This document shows, one piece after another, positions 55,284 to 63,706 of a DNA stretch of 64,000 nucleotides; positions within the stretch are counted from its first letter, which is position 1; every line of letters begins with the position of its first letter. The translations under genes were made by a program, and so were the position numbers. Origin of the DNA: Planctomycetota bacterium (GTDB lineage Bacteria; Planctomycetota; UBA1135; JAKEFM01); the NCBI GenBank assembly GCA_035695825.1, contig DASRRH010000004.1:24515-88514 (forward strand), given 5' to 3'. The notes under the pieces were generated by a model. That model saw only the letters and a program-made list of their open reading frames with translations, was not told where the DNA came from and did not search any database.

Positions 55284-55963
55284 GGCTCTCCCTCGCGAAG
55301 CGTGAAGCCGACCCCCCGGACCGTGTGAATGAGTCGCGTGGGGAAGTCTTGGTCGACCTTCTTCCGGAGCCGGGCGATGTGGACGTCGATCACGTTGTCG
55401 AGCGGGGTCGCCCTCGAGGTCTCCTTCCAGACGTCGCGGGAGAGCATCCCGCGAGAGACGAGCTGCTTCGGATGGCGGAGCAGGTACTCGAGGAGCTCGA
55501 ATTCCTTCGTCGTCAGGTCGATCGCCCGTCCGGCTCGGACGACCTTTCGCGTGATCCGGTCCATCTCGAGGTCCCCCACCTTGAGGCGCAGGACCTGGTC
55601 GCTGCGGCCCCGGCGGAGGAGCGCGCGGATCCGGGCGAGCAGCTCGGGGAACGCGAAGGGCTTGACGAGGTAGTCGTCCGCACCGGTGTCGAGCCCGAGG
55701 ACTCGATCCTCGACCGCATCCTTCGCGGTGAGGATCAGGACCGGAACCTGGACGCCACGCCGCCGGAGGGTCCTCAGGATCTCGATCCCGTCGCGCCCCG
55801 GGAGCATCAGGTCGAGGAGGAGGAGATCGAAGGCTTCCGAGCTCAGGCGGAAGAACCCCTCCTCCCCGGTCTTCGCGAGCACGACGTCGTAGTGCTCGCC
55901 CCGCAGGCCCTCCTCGAGGGCCCGGGCGATCTTCGGCTCGTCTTCGACGACGAGAATCCGCAT
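55280..55963 (-). CDS. Heavy-metal response regulator, OmpR family (CusR/CopR/CzcR type)
   Basis: MRILVVEDEPKIA, DLLLLDLMLPGRDG, TAKD, ADDYLVKPF. Winged-helix LTTKEFELLEYLL...IHTVRGVGF. Confidence 0.95.
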   Translation of the reverse strand: MRILVVEDEPKIARALEEGLRGEHYDVVLAKTGEEGFFRLSSEAFDLLLLDLMLPGRDGIEILRTLRRRGVQVPVLILTAKDAVEDRVLGLDTGADDYLVKPFAFPELLARIRALLRRGRSDQVLRLKVGDLEMDRITRKVVRAGRAIDLTTKEFELLEYLLRHPKQLVSRGMLSRDVWKETSRATPLDNVIDVHIARLRKKVDQDFPTRLIHTVRGVGFTLREGEP

Positions 55964-56008
55964 CCGTGTATTCCCGGGGGAAGAGTAGACCGCCCGGCTG
56001 GACGGGCA

Positions 56009-56036
56009 CCTGAATTAATCCTGAAATCCCCTTCAG
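56009..56036 (-). promoter_or_regulatory. 11-bp-phased direct repeats (TTCAGG-N5-TTCAGG on the regulator-gene strand), candidate response-regulator box A
   Basis: The plus strand reads CCTGAATTAATCCTGAAATCCCCTTCAG. AT-richer than its surroundings. Lies 46-73 nt upstream of the regulator ATG (55963). Confidence 0.4.
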
Positions 56037-56169
56037 CGAGGCGACGGGGCCGGTCCTTCCCGGATCTGTCTTCGAGCGGGTCCGCAGGCTTCGCGGCCGC
56101 CGTAGCCGATCGAACCAGGCTCGACCGTGGCGGCTCCGGGAGCCGCGTCCCGGAGAACCTTACGGGGTT

Positions 56170-56185
56170 TTCAGGGAATCTTCAG
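56170..56185 (+). promoter_or_regulatory. 11-bp-phased direct repeats TTCAGG-N5-TTCAG, candidate response-regulator box B
   Basis: TTCAGGGAATCTTCAG lies 71-86 nt upstream of the PepSY ATG (56256). It has the same orientation relative to its gene as box A. Confidence 0.4.
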
Positions 56186-56255
56186 TAGCGGGAAGGTCGC
56201 GACGCCTTTAGCAGGGGAGCGAACTACGCTACGACACGTAGCAAGGAGCTTGTTC

Positions 56256-56879
56256 ATGGACCCGAAGGCTCTCGCGGTGCCGATCCTTGCAGGTCTGGGG
56301 GCGCTCGGCTTGTTCGGCCTCCCGCTGGCCGTCAGCGTTGGGAGCCGGCACGAGGAGGACGCGCTCCTGAAGGCTCTCCCGAAGAGCAAGCACTCCCTTG
56401 CGGAGGGGATCCAGCAGGTCTCGAAGGCCCCTGAGGTAGCGATTTCCGCCAAGTTCGAGATGGAGGAGGAGGATGGCGAGAAGGGAGAGAAAGACGAGAA
56501 GGAGGAAGAGGAAGGCGAACTCTCCCTTTCGGTCTACACCGTGGAGAAGGGGGTCGGCGTGGACGCGGAGCACAACGTCCTCAAGGAGTTCGCGGGGAGC
56601 CCGGAGGCCGCGCAGTGGAAGCCGGAGGTCGAGGTCTTCAAGGACGCGGCCCACATCGCGCGAGCCTCGGCGCAGCTCACCCTGATGGCGCTGTCGCCGT
56701 TCTCGCTCGTCGACATCGTCCGGAAGGCCGAGAAGGACCAGCCGGGCACCGTCTACTCCGTCACTCCCGTCTTGAGGGACCGGAAGCCCGCGTTCGAGGT
56801 GCTGGTCGCGGCGCAGGGCAAGACGGTCGAGCTCCGCTACGACCTGATGAAGGGGGACCTCGTCAAGCCGGCGAAGTAA
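56256..56879 (+). CDS. PepSY-like periplasmic protein with acidic insert
   Basis: ATG is preceded by AAGGAG. N-terminal anchor, Glu/Lys-rich insert (EEEDGEKGEKDEKEEEEGE), and PepSY-like ends (LAEGIQQVSK...AISAKFE; VYSVTPVLRDRKPAFEVLV). Confidence 0.6.
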   Translation: MDPKALAVPILAGLGALGLFGLPLAVSVGSRHEEDALLKALPKSKHSLAEGIQQVSKAPEVAISAKFEMEEEDGEKGEKDEKEEEEGELSLSVYTVEKGVGVDAEHNVLKEFAGSPEAAQWKPEVEVFKDAAHIARASAQLTLMALSPFSLVDIVRKAEKDQPGTVYSVTPVLRDRKPAFEVLVAAQGKTVELRYDLMKGDLVKPAK

Positions 56880-56970
56880 GGACGAGGGGGCCCCTCGCTC
56901 CTCGAGGGGCGATCCGGCTCTCCCCTCGACGAACCGCCACCTCCGCGCGAGAACTCCGGAATCCGCGAAC

Positions 56971-57891
56971 ATGCGAGCGAACCGCTGGCCCCTCTTCACG
57001 GTCCTCTCCGCCGTTCTTCTGTCCGCATTCCTGGCAAGAGCCCGCCAGGAGCCGACATCCTCGCCGGGCCCTCTCGACGCGCGCGCGATCGAACAGATCC
57101 TCGGTCTCTCGGGATCGACGGTCGACGGCGTCTTCAAGGTCACGAAGCCGCGAAGTGACCTCCGCGTGACGATGGACGGCTTCCCCATCCCCCCCCGGAT
57201 GGGACTCACCGGGTGGCTCGCGTTCCGCCCCCACGCCGGCGGCGCGATGGTCATGGGGGACCTTCCCCTCCTCGAATCCGAACTCCAGCCCGTCCTTACC
57301 GCGCTGGTGGAGGGGGGCGTCGAAGTTTCGGCGCTCCACAACCACTTCGTCGGCGAACAGCCGCGCGTGATGTTCCTTCACGTCGGGGGGATGGGGGACC
57401 CCCTTCCCCTCGCGCGGGGCCTCCGGGCTGCGCTCGACGCCATCGACGGCCTTCGGGCGTCGCGAGGCGTTCCCGCCCCGGAGCCCGAGGTCCGGTCCGA
57501 GCTCGACCCAGAGAAACTGAACGCGATCCTCGGCGGGACGGGAGACTACAAGGAGGGGGTCTACAAGGTGACCCTGGGGAGACCGGGCGTCCGGGTCGCC
57601 GAGATGGGCGTCGAGGTGAACGCGGCGATGGGGTTCAACTCTTGGGCGGGTCTCGAGGGCACGCGGGAGAAGGCGGCCATCGCCGGCGACCTCGCGATGC
57701 TCGCGGAGGAGGTGAACCCGGTCGTTCGGGAGTTGCGCCGCGCCGGGATCGCCGTGGTCGCGATCCACAATCACATGATCCGGGAGGAGCCCCGGACGTT
57801 TTACCTGCACTACTGGGGGGTGGGGCGCGCCGAGGATCTCGCGCGCGGGCTGCGGGCGGGCCTCGACCGGCTCTCGGGTGGCGGGCGGTAG
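56971..57891 (+). CDS. DUF1259 (LppY/LpqO-like) secreted protein, two tandem domains
   Basis: Signal peptide, with duplicated signatures SALHNHFVGEQPRVMFLHVGGMG and VAIHNHMIREEPRTFYLHYWGVG. Confidence 0.7.
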   Translation: MRANRWPLFTVLSAVLLSAFLARARQEPTSSPGPLDARAIEQILGLSGSTVDGVFKVTKPRSDLRVTMDGFPIPPRMGLTGWLAFRPHAGGAMVMGDLPLLESELQPVLTALVEGGVEVSALHNHFVGEQPRVMFLHVGGMGDPLPLARGLRAALDAIDGLRASRGVPAPEPEVRSELDPEKLNAILGGTGDYKEGVYKVTLGRPGVRVAEMGVEVNAAMGFNSWAGLEGTREKAAIAGDLAMLAEEVNPVVRELRRAGIAVVAIHNHMIREEPRTFYLHYWGVGRAEDLARGLRAGLDRLSGGGR

Positions 57892-57905
57892 CGTCGGCGA
57901 GGCCG

Positions 57906-59147
57906 ATGCCCGTGCCCGATCCCGGTGCTCGCCCGGCGGTCAGCGATCCGGCCCCTGGGAAAGGGGTTGTCGCAGAATGGCCGCGGACCGAAAGGCAGGA
58001 CTATTCGCTCGGGGAGCTGCTCCGCTACTTCGTGTCGCTGGGGGCGCTGGGCTTCGGGGGACCCATCGCGCTCGCGGGAGCGATGCAGCGCGATCTGGTC
58101 GAGGAACGGCGGTGGATCTCGCGGGAGGACTACCTCGAGGGGCTCGCGCTCGCCCAGCTTGCTCCCGGGCCCCTCGCCGCGCAGCTCGCGATTTACCTCG
58201 GCTGGGTGCGATTCCGCGTGCTCGGCGCGACCCTCGTCGCCGTGGCGTTCATCGCACCTTCGTTCCTAATGGTGCTCGCGCTCTCGGCCCTCTACCTGGA
58301 GTACGGCGGTCTCGCGTGGATTCAGGGGGCGTTCTACGGGGTCGGAGCCGCCATCATCGCGATCATCGCGCGCAGCGCCCTCAAACTGGTCCGCATGACC
58401 CTCGGACGGGACTGGATCCTCTGGACGCTCTTCGGCGTGAGCGCGGCCGTGACGGCGTGGACCGAGACCGAGATCGTCTGGGTCTTCCTCCTCTCCGGGG
58501 TTCTTGCGCTCCTCCTCAAGGCGCCGCCCCGCTTCCGGCCGAGCCCCGCGACGCTCGGGCTTTCCCTCTCGCCCGCCTGGCTCTTCAGCGGTCTGCACGG
58601 CGTCGCCTCCGCCGGGACGCTCGGGACGCTGGCCTGGTATTTCGCGGCAGCGGGCGCCTTCGTCTTCGGGAGCGGTCTCGCGATCGTTCCCTTCCTACAC
58701 GGAGGCGTCGTCCAGAGGTTCCACTGGCTGAACGAGCGCCAATTTCTCGACGCCGTGGCCGTGGCGATGATCACGCCGGGTCCGGTCGTCATCACGGTCG
58801 CGTTCATCGGTTATCTGGTGGCGGGCCCGGCCGGGGCCGGGGTCGCCGCGCTCGGGGTCTTCCTTCCCTGCTACCTGTTCGTCATCGTGCCGGCGCCCTA
58901 CTACCGGCGCTTCGCGGGGAGCCGATCGATCAAGGCGTTCGTCGACGGGGTGACCGCGGCTGCGACCGGAGCGATTGCGGGGGCCGTGTTCGTCCTCGGA
59001 AGGCGCGCGGTCGTCGATCTACCGACCGCCGCGATCTGCCTCGCGACGGCCGCCGCGCTCATCCTCGTCAGGAAGGTCCCGGAGCCGCTCGCGATCGTCG
59101 GGGCCGGAGTGGTCGGACTTCTCCTGCGGAAAGGGGCCGCATCATGA
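57906..59147 (+). CDS. chrA: Chromate ion transporter (CHR family)
   Basis: LGALGFGGPIALAGAMQRDLVEERRWIS, LAQLAPGPLA, second half FVFGSGLAIVPFL...AMITPGPVVIT. Duplicated CHR architecture. Confidence 0.9.
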   Translation: MPVPDPGARPAVSDPAPGKGVVAEWPRTERQDYSLGELLRYFVSLGALGFGGPIALAGAMQRDLVEERRWISREDYLEGLALAQLAPGPLAAQLAIYLGWVRFRVLGATLVAVAFIAPSFLMVLALSALYLEYGGLAWIQGAFYGVGAAIIAIIARSALKLVRMTLGRDWILWTLFGVSAAVTAWTETEIVWVFLLSGVLALLLKAPPRFRPSPATLGLSLSPAWLFSGLHGVASAGTLGTLAWYFAAAGAFVFGSGLAIVPFLHGGVVQRFHWLNERQFLDAVAVAMITPGPVVITVAFIGYLVAGPAGAGVAALGVFLPCYLFVIVPAPYYRRFAGSRSIKAFVDGVTAAATGAIAGAVFVLGRRAVVDLPTAAICLATAAALILVRKVPEPLAIVGAGVVGLLLRKGAAS

Positions 59148-59317
59148 CGACCAGGAAGATCTGGTTCGGACGCTCCTTGCGCCCGCTCCCGGCGCTCCGC
59201 CTCATCGCGGCCTTCGCGACGAGTCGCGCCGCGCCGGGGACGTCGCCGCTCGGTGGGGCGGAGGTCCCCCCCTCGACTCGAGGAACCGCTCACGGCAACC
59301 GCGGGGGGCGCTCGTGA
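59144..59317 (+). CDS. Possible small bridging ORF (57 aa)
   Basis: Its ATG overlaps the chrA TGA (ATGA) and its TGA overlaps the next GTG (GTGA). High G/C third positions. No motif, so it may be spurious. Confidence 0.3.
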   Translation: MTTRKIWFGRSLRPLPALRLIAAFATSRAAPGTSPLGGAEVPPSTRGTAHGNRGGRS

Positions 59318-61242
59318 GCCGGCTCGAGCCGTTGCTGGTCCTCCTTCTCGGCTGCGCGCCCGGACGATCGAAGGAGGCGTCGGCCCCGGCGACGCGTCCG
59401 TCCCGGGCGCCCGATGTCGCCTTCATCGACGCGGACGGAGAGAGGGTGCGGCTCTCCGACTATCTCGGGAGGAAGCCGGTCGTCCTGCTCTTCACCCGCG
59501 GCTTCACCGGCCAGTTCGCGTGCTACTACTGCGGGATTCAGACACGGGACTACAAGTCCACCTACAGGAAGCTGAAAGCCGCGGGCGCCGAGGTCCTTCT
59601 CGTCCTTCCCGGGGCCACGGACGTCGACGGCTATTTGAAGAAGGTCGGTACGAGCGACCCGGACCGGCCGGAGCCGGGGTTCACCGTCCCCTACCGGGTG
59701 GTACTCGATCCCGACCTTGAAGCGTGCCGGGCCTTCGACGTGCCCGCCGAGAAGACGGAGTCGGGCGGCTTCCCCGTCAATCAGCCGGCGACGTTCGTCA
59801 TCGGGAAGGACGGCTCGATCCTCTACGCCTATCACGGAGAGGACCCCTCCGACCGGCCGTCGGCGGAGGCCGTCCTCGGGATCCTCGAAGGGCGAGTCGC
59901 GGGCGCCCGCGCGGATTCGGGACCCACCTCCGCTCCGGCCTCTGGCCCGGCGTCCCTCCCTTGGGTGACCTACGCAGAAGGCCTGGAGGCGGCCCGGCGG
60001 GCGAAGAGGCCGATCCTGCTCGAGTTCTACGCCGACTGGTGAGGGGTCTGCAAACTGATGGATGCCGGGGTGTATCCACAGGACTCGGTAAGGGAAGCGA
60101 CGCGGGATTTCGTGTGCATCCGGGTCGAACACGATCGGAACCCCGACCTCGTTCGACGGTACCAGGTCCAGGCGCTGCCGGACCTGCGTCTGATCGACGC
60201 CGGAGGCCACGAGGTGACGCGCCTCCTCGGGTTCACAAGCGCTCCCCGCCTCGCGGCCCAGTGCAAGGCGCTTCTCGACCGCACGGCGGGGGATGGACGA
60301 GCGACGTCCTCGCCCACCCCGGCCTCGCCCGTCGCGGTCGGACCCGCCTCGAAGGAGACGATCGACCGCGCGGTCGATCGCGGGATCGGATTCCTCAGGA
60401 AGAACTGGAGGAACTCGACGCCCTCCGCGCCGGGATTCGGCGCCGAGGAACTGGAACTCTTCGCTCTCGCGACCTCTGGTCTCGACCCGGGAGACGAAGA
60501 CGTGGCGGGACTGGCCAAGCTCGCCTTGGAAAGACCGCTCTCGGGAACGTATCAGGCCGCGTTCCGGGCCCTCGCGATCGCTCGCCTGGACTCCCGGCAC
60601 CTCGAGGAGCCGCTGCGCGCATGCGCGAGGTTCCTGCTCGAGAGCCAGCTCCCGAACGGCCAGTGGACCTACCGGCCCGACCCGAGCCTTCCTCCGGACG
60701 CGCTCGGGGATAACTCCAACACGGCCTACGGTCTTCTCGGCCTCGCAGCCTGCCGGCACGCCGGGATCGAGGTAGGGCTGGAGGCGGTCCGAAGGACCGA
60801 GGCGTGGTGGCGGCGCTGCCAGAACCGGGACGGAGGTTGGGGGTATCGCATGGACCGCGAGACCGCGAGCTACGCGAGCATGACGGAGAGCGGGGTCGGC
60901 AGCCTGCTCCTCTGCGCGAGACTCCTGGCCCGCGACGGGACATTGGACCCGGACGTCGATCGAGCCCTCTCCTGGCTCGGCGCGCACTTCTCCGTCTCCG
61001 AGAATCGAGAGAGCGTCTACCAAGAAGGGCGCCTTCTCTACCATCTCTTCGCCCTCGAGCGGGTGGGCACGCTGGGCGGGGAGCGCGACGTCGCGGGGCG
61101 CGACTGGTTCGGTGAAGGGGCGCGTTTCCTCGTCGCCTCGCAGAGGGCGGACGGGAGTTGGGACGACGGGGCGGGGATGCCTCTCGTGAACACGTCTTTC
61201 GCCCTCCTCTTCCTCCGGCGTGCGACGGAGGTCGTTCGGTGA
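59314..61242 (+). CDS. Candidate selenoprotein. Lipoprotein with an AhpC/TSA-like redoxin domain, a thioredoxin-fold domain with UxxC (in-frame TGA at 60040..60042), and a prenyltransferase/terpenoid-cyclase-like repeat domain
   Basis: Track ORFs 58975..60042 and 60058..61242 share one frame. Across the TGA the sequence reads RPILLEFYADW-TGA-GVCKLMDAGVY, a thioredoxin-type WCxxCK motif with TGA at the first Cys. Lipobox LLLGC. N-terminal domain FTRGFTGQFACYYCG. C-terminal QW-type repeats (ESQLPNGQWTY, CQNRDGGWGY, ASQRADGSWDD). Confidence 0.7.
60055..60081 (+). promoter_or_regulatory. SECIS-like hairpin 3' of the in-frame TGA
   Basis: CTG-A-TGGATGC / CGGGGT loop / GTATCCA-CAG gives 10 bp (one G-U) with a bulged A at 60058. 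The G-rich 6-nt apical loop spans 60066..60071, 26 nt after the U of UGA. Confidence 0.5.
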
Positions 61243-61399
61243 TCCGCGACGAACCGCCCTCGGACGGAGGGGGGAACCGCGCGATCGCACCGGGTGGGCG
61301 CTTCGAGCTCCGGAGCGGGGTCGCACCGTTCGGAGGGCGACGGGGACGGCGGGTTCCGGTCGGGCACCGGCGCCGGTGATTCCCTCCTTCCCCTCCGCC

Positions 61400-63532
61400 A
61401 TGGCGTTGCTCTCTCGCTTCCAGGAACCGACGACGAAGCCCGCGGTGCGTCCCATCGCCGGGGCTCGACGTGTCGAGCAGGCGCCCAAGGTGGACGGCGA
61501 CCTCTCCGACCCCGTCTGGAAGGAAGCGACGCCGATCGGACCCCTGACCCAGGTTGAACCGACGGAAGGAGACCCGCCGAGCCAGCGGACCGAAGTACGC
61601 GTCCTGTTCGACGCGGACGCCCTCTACGTGGGGATCCGCTGCTTCGAGGCTGACCCGTCCCGGATCGTCGCGACGCAGATGGCCCGCGATTCGGAGATCG
61701 ACGTGGACGACGAAGTCTCGATCCTGTTCGACACGTTCCTCGACCGGAGGAACGCCTACCTCTTCGAGATGAACCCTGCGGGCGCCCGCTCGGACGCGCT
61801 CCTCGTTGACAACGGTTCGGAGGTCATCCGGGATTGGGACGGCATCTGGGAGGGTGCGAGCCGAATCGACGCCGAGGGCTGGACGGTCGAGATCGCCATT
61901 CCCTTCAAGACCCTCGCCTTCGCCCCCGAGCGAGACGCATGGGGATTCAACGTCCAGAGGAAGATCAAGCGGCTCCTCGAGACCGACCGCTGGTCCGGTG
62001 CGCGGCAGGACTTCGCGTTCCGGCAGGTGGCGGAGGCGGGCACGCTCACGGGACTCACCGGGATGCGGGGGGGGAAGGGCCTCGACGTCCGCCCGTTCAC
62101 GGCCCTCCGTCAGAGCCGGGATCGGGAGGCGCAGGACTCCGACCTGATCGGGAAGTCGGGCCTCGACCTGCTCGTCCGGCTGGCGCCCGCGCTCCGGGCG
62201 ACGGTCACGGCGAACACCGATTTCGCGGAGACCGAGGTGGACGACCGGCAGACCACGATCAATCTGACGCGGTTTCCCCTGTTCATTCCGGAGAAGCGGT
62301 CCTTCTTCCTCGAGGACGCCGGGATCTTCGGCTTCGGCGGCTTGAGCGAGAGCCTCACCCCCTTCTTCAGCCGCCGCATCGGACTCTCCGACGACGGGCG
62401 GGAGATCCCGATCGACTTCGGCGCGAAGATCACCGGACGGACGGGCCCGTGGAACGTCGGGGTCCTGGACACGCAGATGAGGGAGGCCGACGACATCTCC
62501 GGGAAGAACCTCTTCGTCGCGCGCGTCTCGCGGAACATCCTCGAACAGTCGTCCGTCGGCTTCCTCGTCACCCGCGGGAATCCGACGGGCCCGGGAATGA
62601 ACTCGGTCGTCGGCGCCGACACGGCGCTGCGGACCGACCGGTTCCTCGGCGACAAGAACTTGGTCGGCCGGGCGTTCGTGCTCCGGTCGGACGATGCGGG
62701 CGAAGGGAGCGGTCTCGCCTATGGCGCGAGCCTCGCCTCACCGAACGACCTCGTGGACGCCGGGATAGAGTTCCGCCAGATCGGGGAAGACTTCCGGCCG
62801 GCGCTGGGGTTCGTCGAGCGCACCGGCGTGAGGTCCTACGCCGCCCGGCTCTCTTATCAACCGCGCCCGGGCGCGTACTCGGTCCGGCAGCTCTTCTTCG
62901 AGTTCGAGCCGGAGGTGATCACCGACCTGTCCGGCCGGACGCAGACGGCGAGACTCTTTCTCGCGCCCGTCAACGTCAACCTCGAGAGCGGGGACTCCTT
63001 CGAGTTCAACGTCATCCCCCAGTACGAGCGGATCGAGGAGCCCACGGGTTTCGTGATCCACGACGGCGTCACGATCCCGCAGGGCGGGTTTTCCTTCGTC
63101 CGGTACCGGATCCAGGCGGAGGGAGCGACGAAACGGCCACTGGTTCCCTTCGGGACGTACCGGTATGGGGGGTTCTTCGACGGCCACCAGGAGGACCTGC
63201 GCGTCGGGCTCACGTGGAAGCCCTCGCGGTACCTCCAGTTCACGGGGCAGGACGAGCACATCCACGTTCGCCTCGACGAAGGAGAGTTCGCGGTCCGCAT
63301 CTACCTGCTGCGCGCGAACGTCAACTTCACGCCGGACGTCGCGTGGTCCACCCTCCTGCAGTGGGACAACCAGTCCGACTCGCTCGGGTTCCAGAGCCGC
63401 CTGCGGTTCATTCGCGCGGACGGGCAGGAGGCGTTCCTCGTCCTGAACACGTCGGGGGACTTCGGAGACTTCCACTACACGGGAACGGCAAGGCAAGTCA
63501 CCCTGAAGCTTGAGTACACGCTGCGCTTCTGA
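61400..63532 (+). CDS. CBM9-like + DUF5916-like protein (probable outer-membrane beta-barrel)
   Basis: N-terminal APKVDGDLSDPVWKEA...LYVGIRCFE...WTVEIAIPF (CBM9-like). Then a long region of alternating beta-strand-like sequence ending in an aromatic residue (LEYTLRF). No clear signal peptide from ATG 61400, so the start is uncertain. Confidence 0.7.
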   Translation: MALLSRFQEPTTKPAVRPIAGARRVEQAPKVDGDLSDPVWKEATPIGPLTQVEPTEGDPPSQRTEVRVLFDADALYVGIRCFEADPSRIVATQMARDSEIDVDDEVSILFDTFLDRRNAYLFEMNPAGARSDALLVDNGSEVIRDWDGIWEGASRIDAEGWTVEIAIPFKTLAFAPERDAWGFNVQRKIKRLLETDRWSGARQDFAFRQVAEAGTLTGLTGMRGGKGLDVRPFTALRQSRDREAQDSDLIGKSGLDLLVRLAPALRATVTANTDFAETEVDDRQTTINLTRFPLFIPEKRSFFLEDAGIFGFGGLSESLTPFFSRRIGLSDDGREIPIDFGAKITGRTGPWNVGVLDTQMREADDISGKNLFVARVSRNILEQSSVGFLVTRGNPTGPGMNSVVGADTALRTDRFLGDKNLVGRAFVLRSDDAGEGSGLAYGASLASPNDLVDAGIEFRQIGEDFRPALGFVERTGVRSYAARLSYQPRPGAYSVRQLFFEFEPEVITDLSGRTQTARLFLAPVNVNLESGDSFEFNVIPQYERIEEPTGFVIHDGVTIPQGGFSFVRYRIQAEGATKRPLVPFGTYRYGGFFDGHQEDLRVGLTWKPSRYLQFTGQDEHIHVRLDEGEFAVRIYLLRANVNFTPDVAWSTLLQWDNQSDSLGFQSRLRFIRADGQEAFLVLNTSGDFGDFHYTGTARQVTLKLEYTLRF

Positions 63533-63706
63533 AGGCGGCGCTCGCCGAGCACGACTCGAAGCCATGGGTGACACGACGCCGAACCAAGCGAGCGATCCAG
63601 GCGCCGCGCCGCACGGGCGTTCCTCGTCGGCGGGCTCCGCGCGTCGGCCTCGCGTGCTACGGCGCAGGCCGACCTCGCCCACGCCCGGCGCCTCGGGCCG
63701 CGGGAC

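Noticed and set aside
57878-59143. 479-aa ORF 57878..59317 overlapping chrA in another frame.
   Set aside because: It is an Arg/Gly/Pro-rich artefact across chrA. Only its last 57 codons (59144..59317, after chrA ends) are kept as a low-confidence small ORF.
58975-61242. Reading 58975..60042 and 60058..61242 as two independent genes, as the ORF track does.
   Set aside because: The frames are the same. The first ORF would end one residue into a WCxxC motif, and the second would start at an internal Met lacking the first half of the thioredoxin fold. A SECIS-like hairpin follows the TGA. A single Sec-containing gene explains the sequence better, although it remains unproven.
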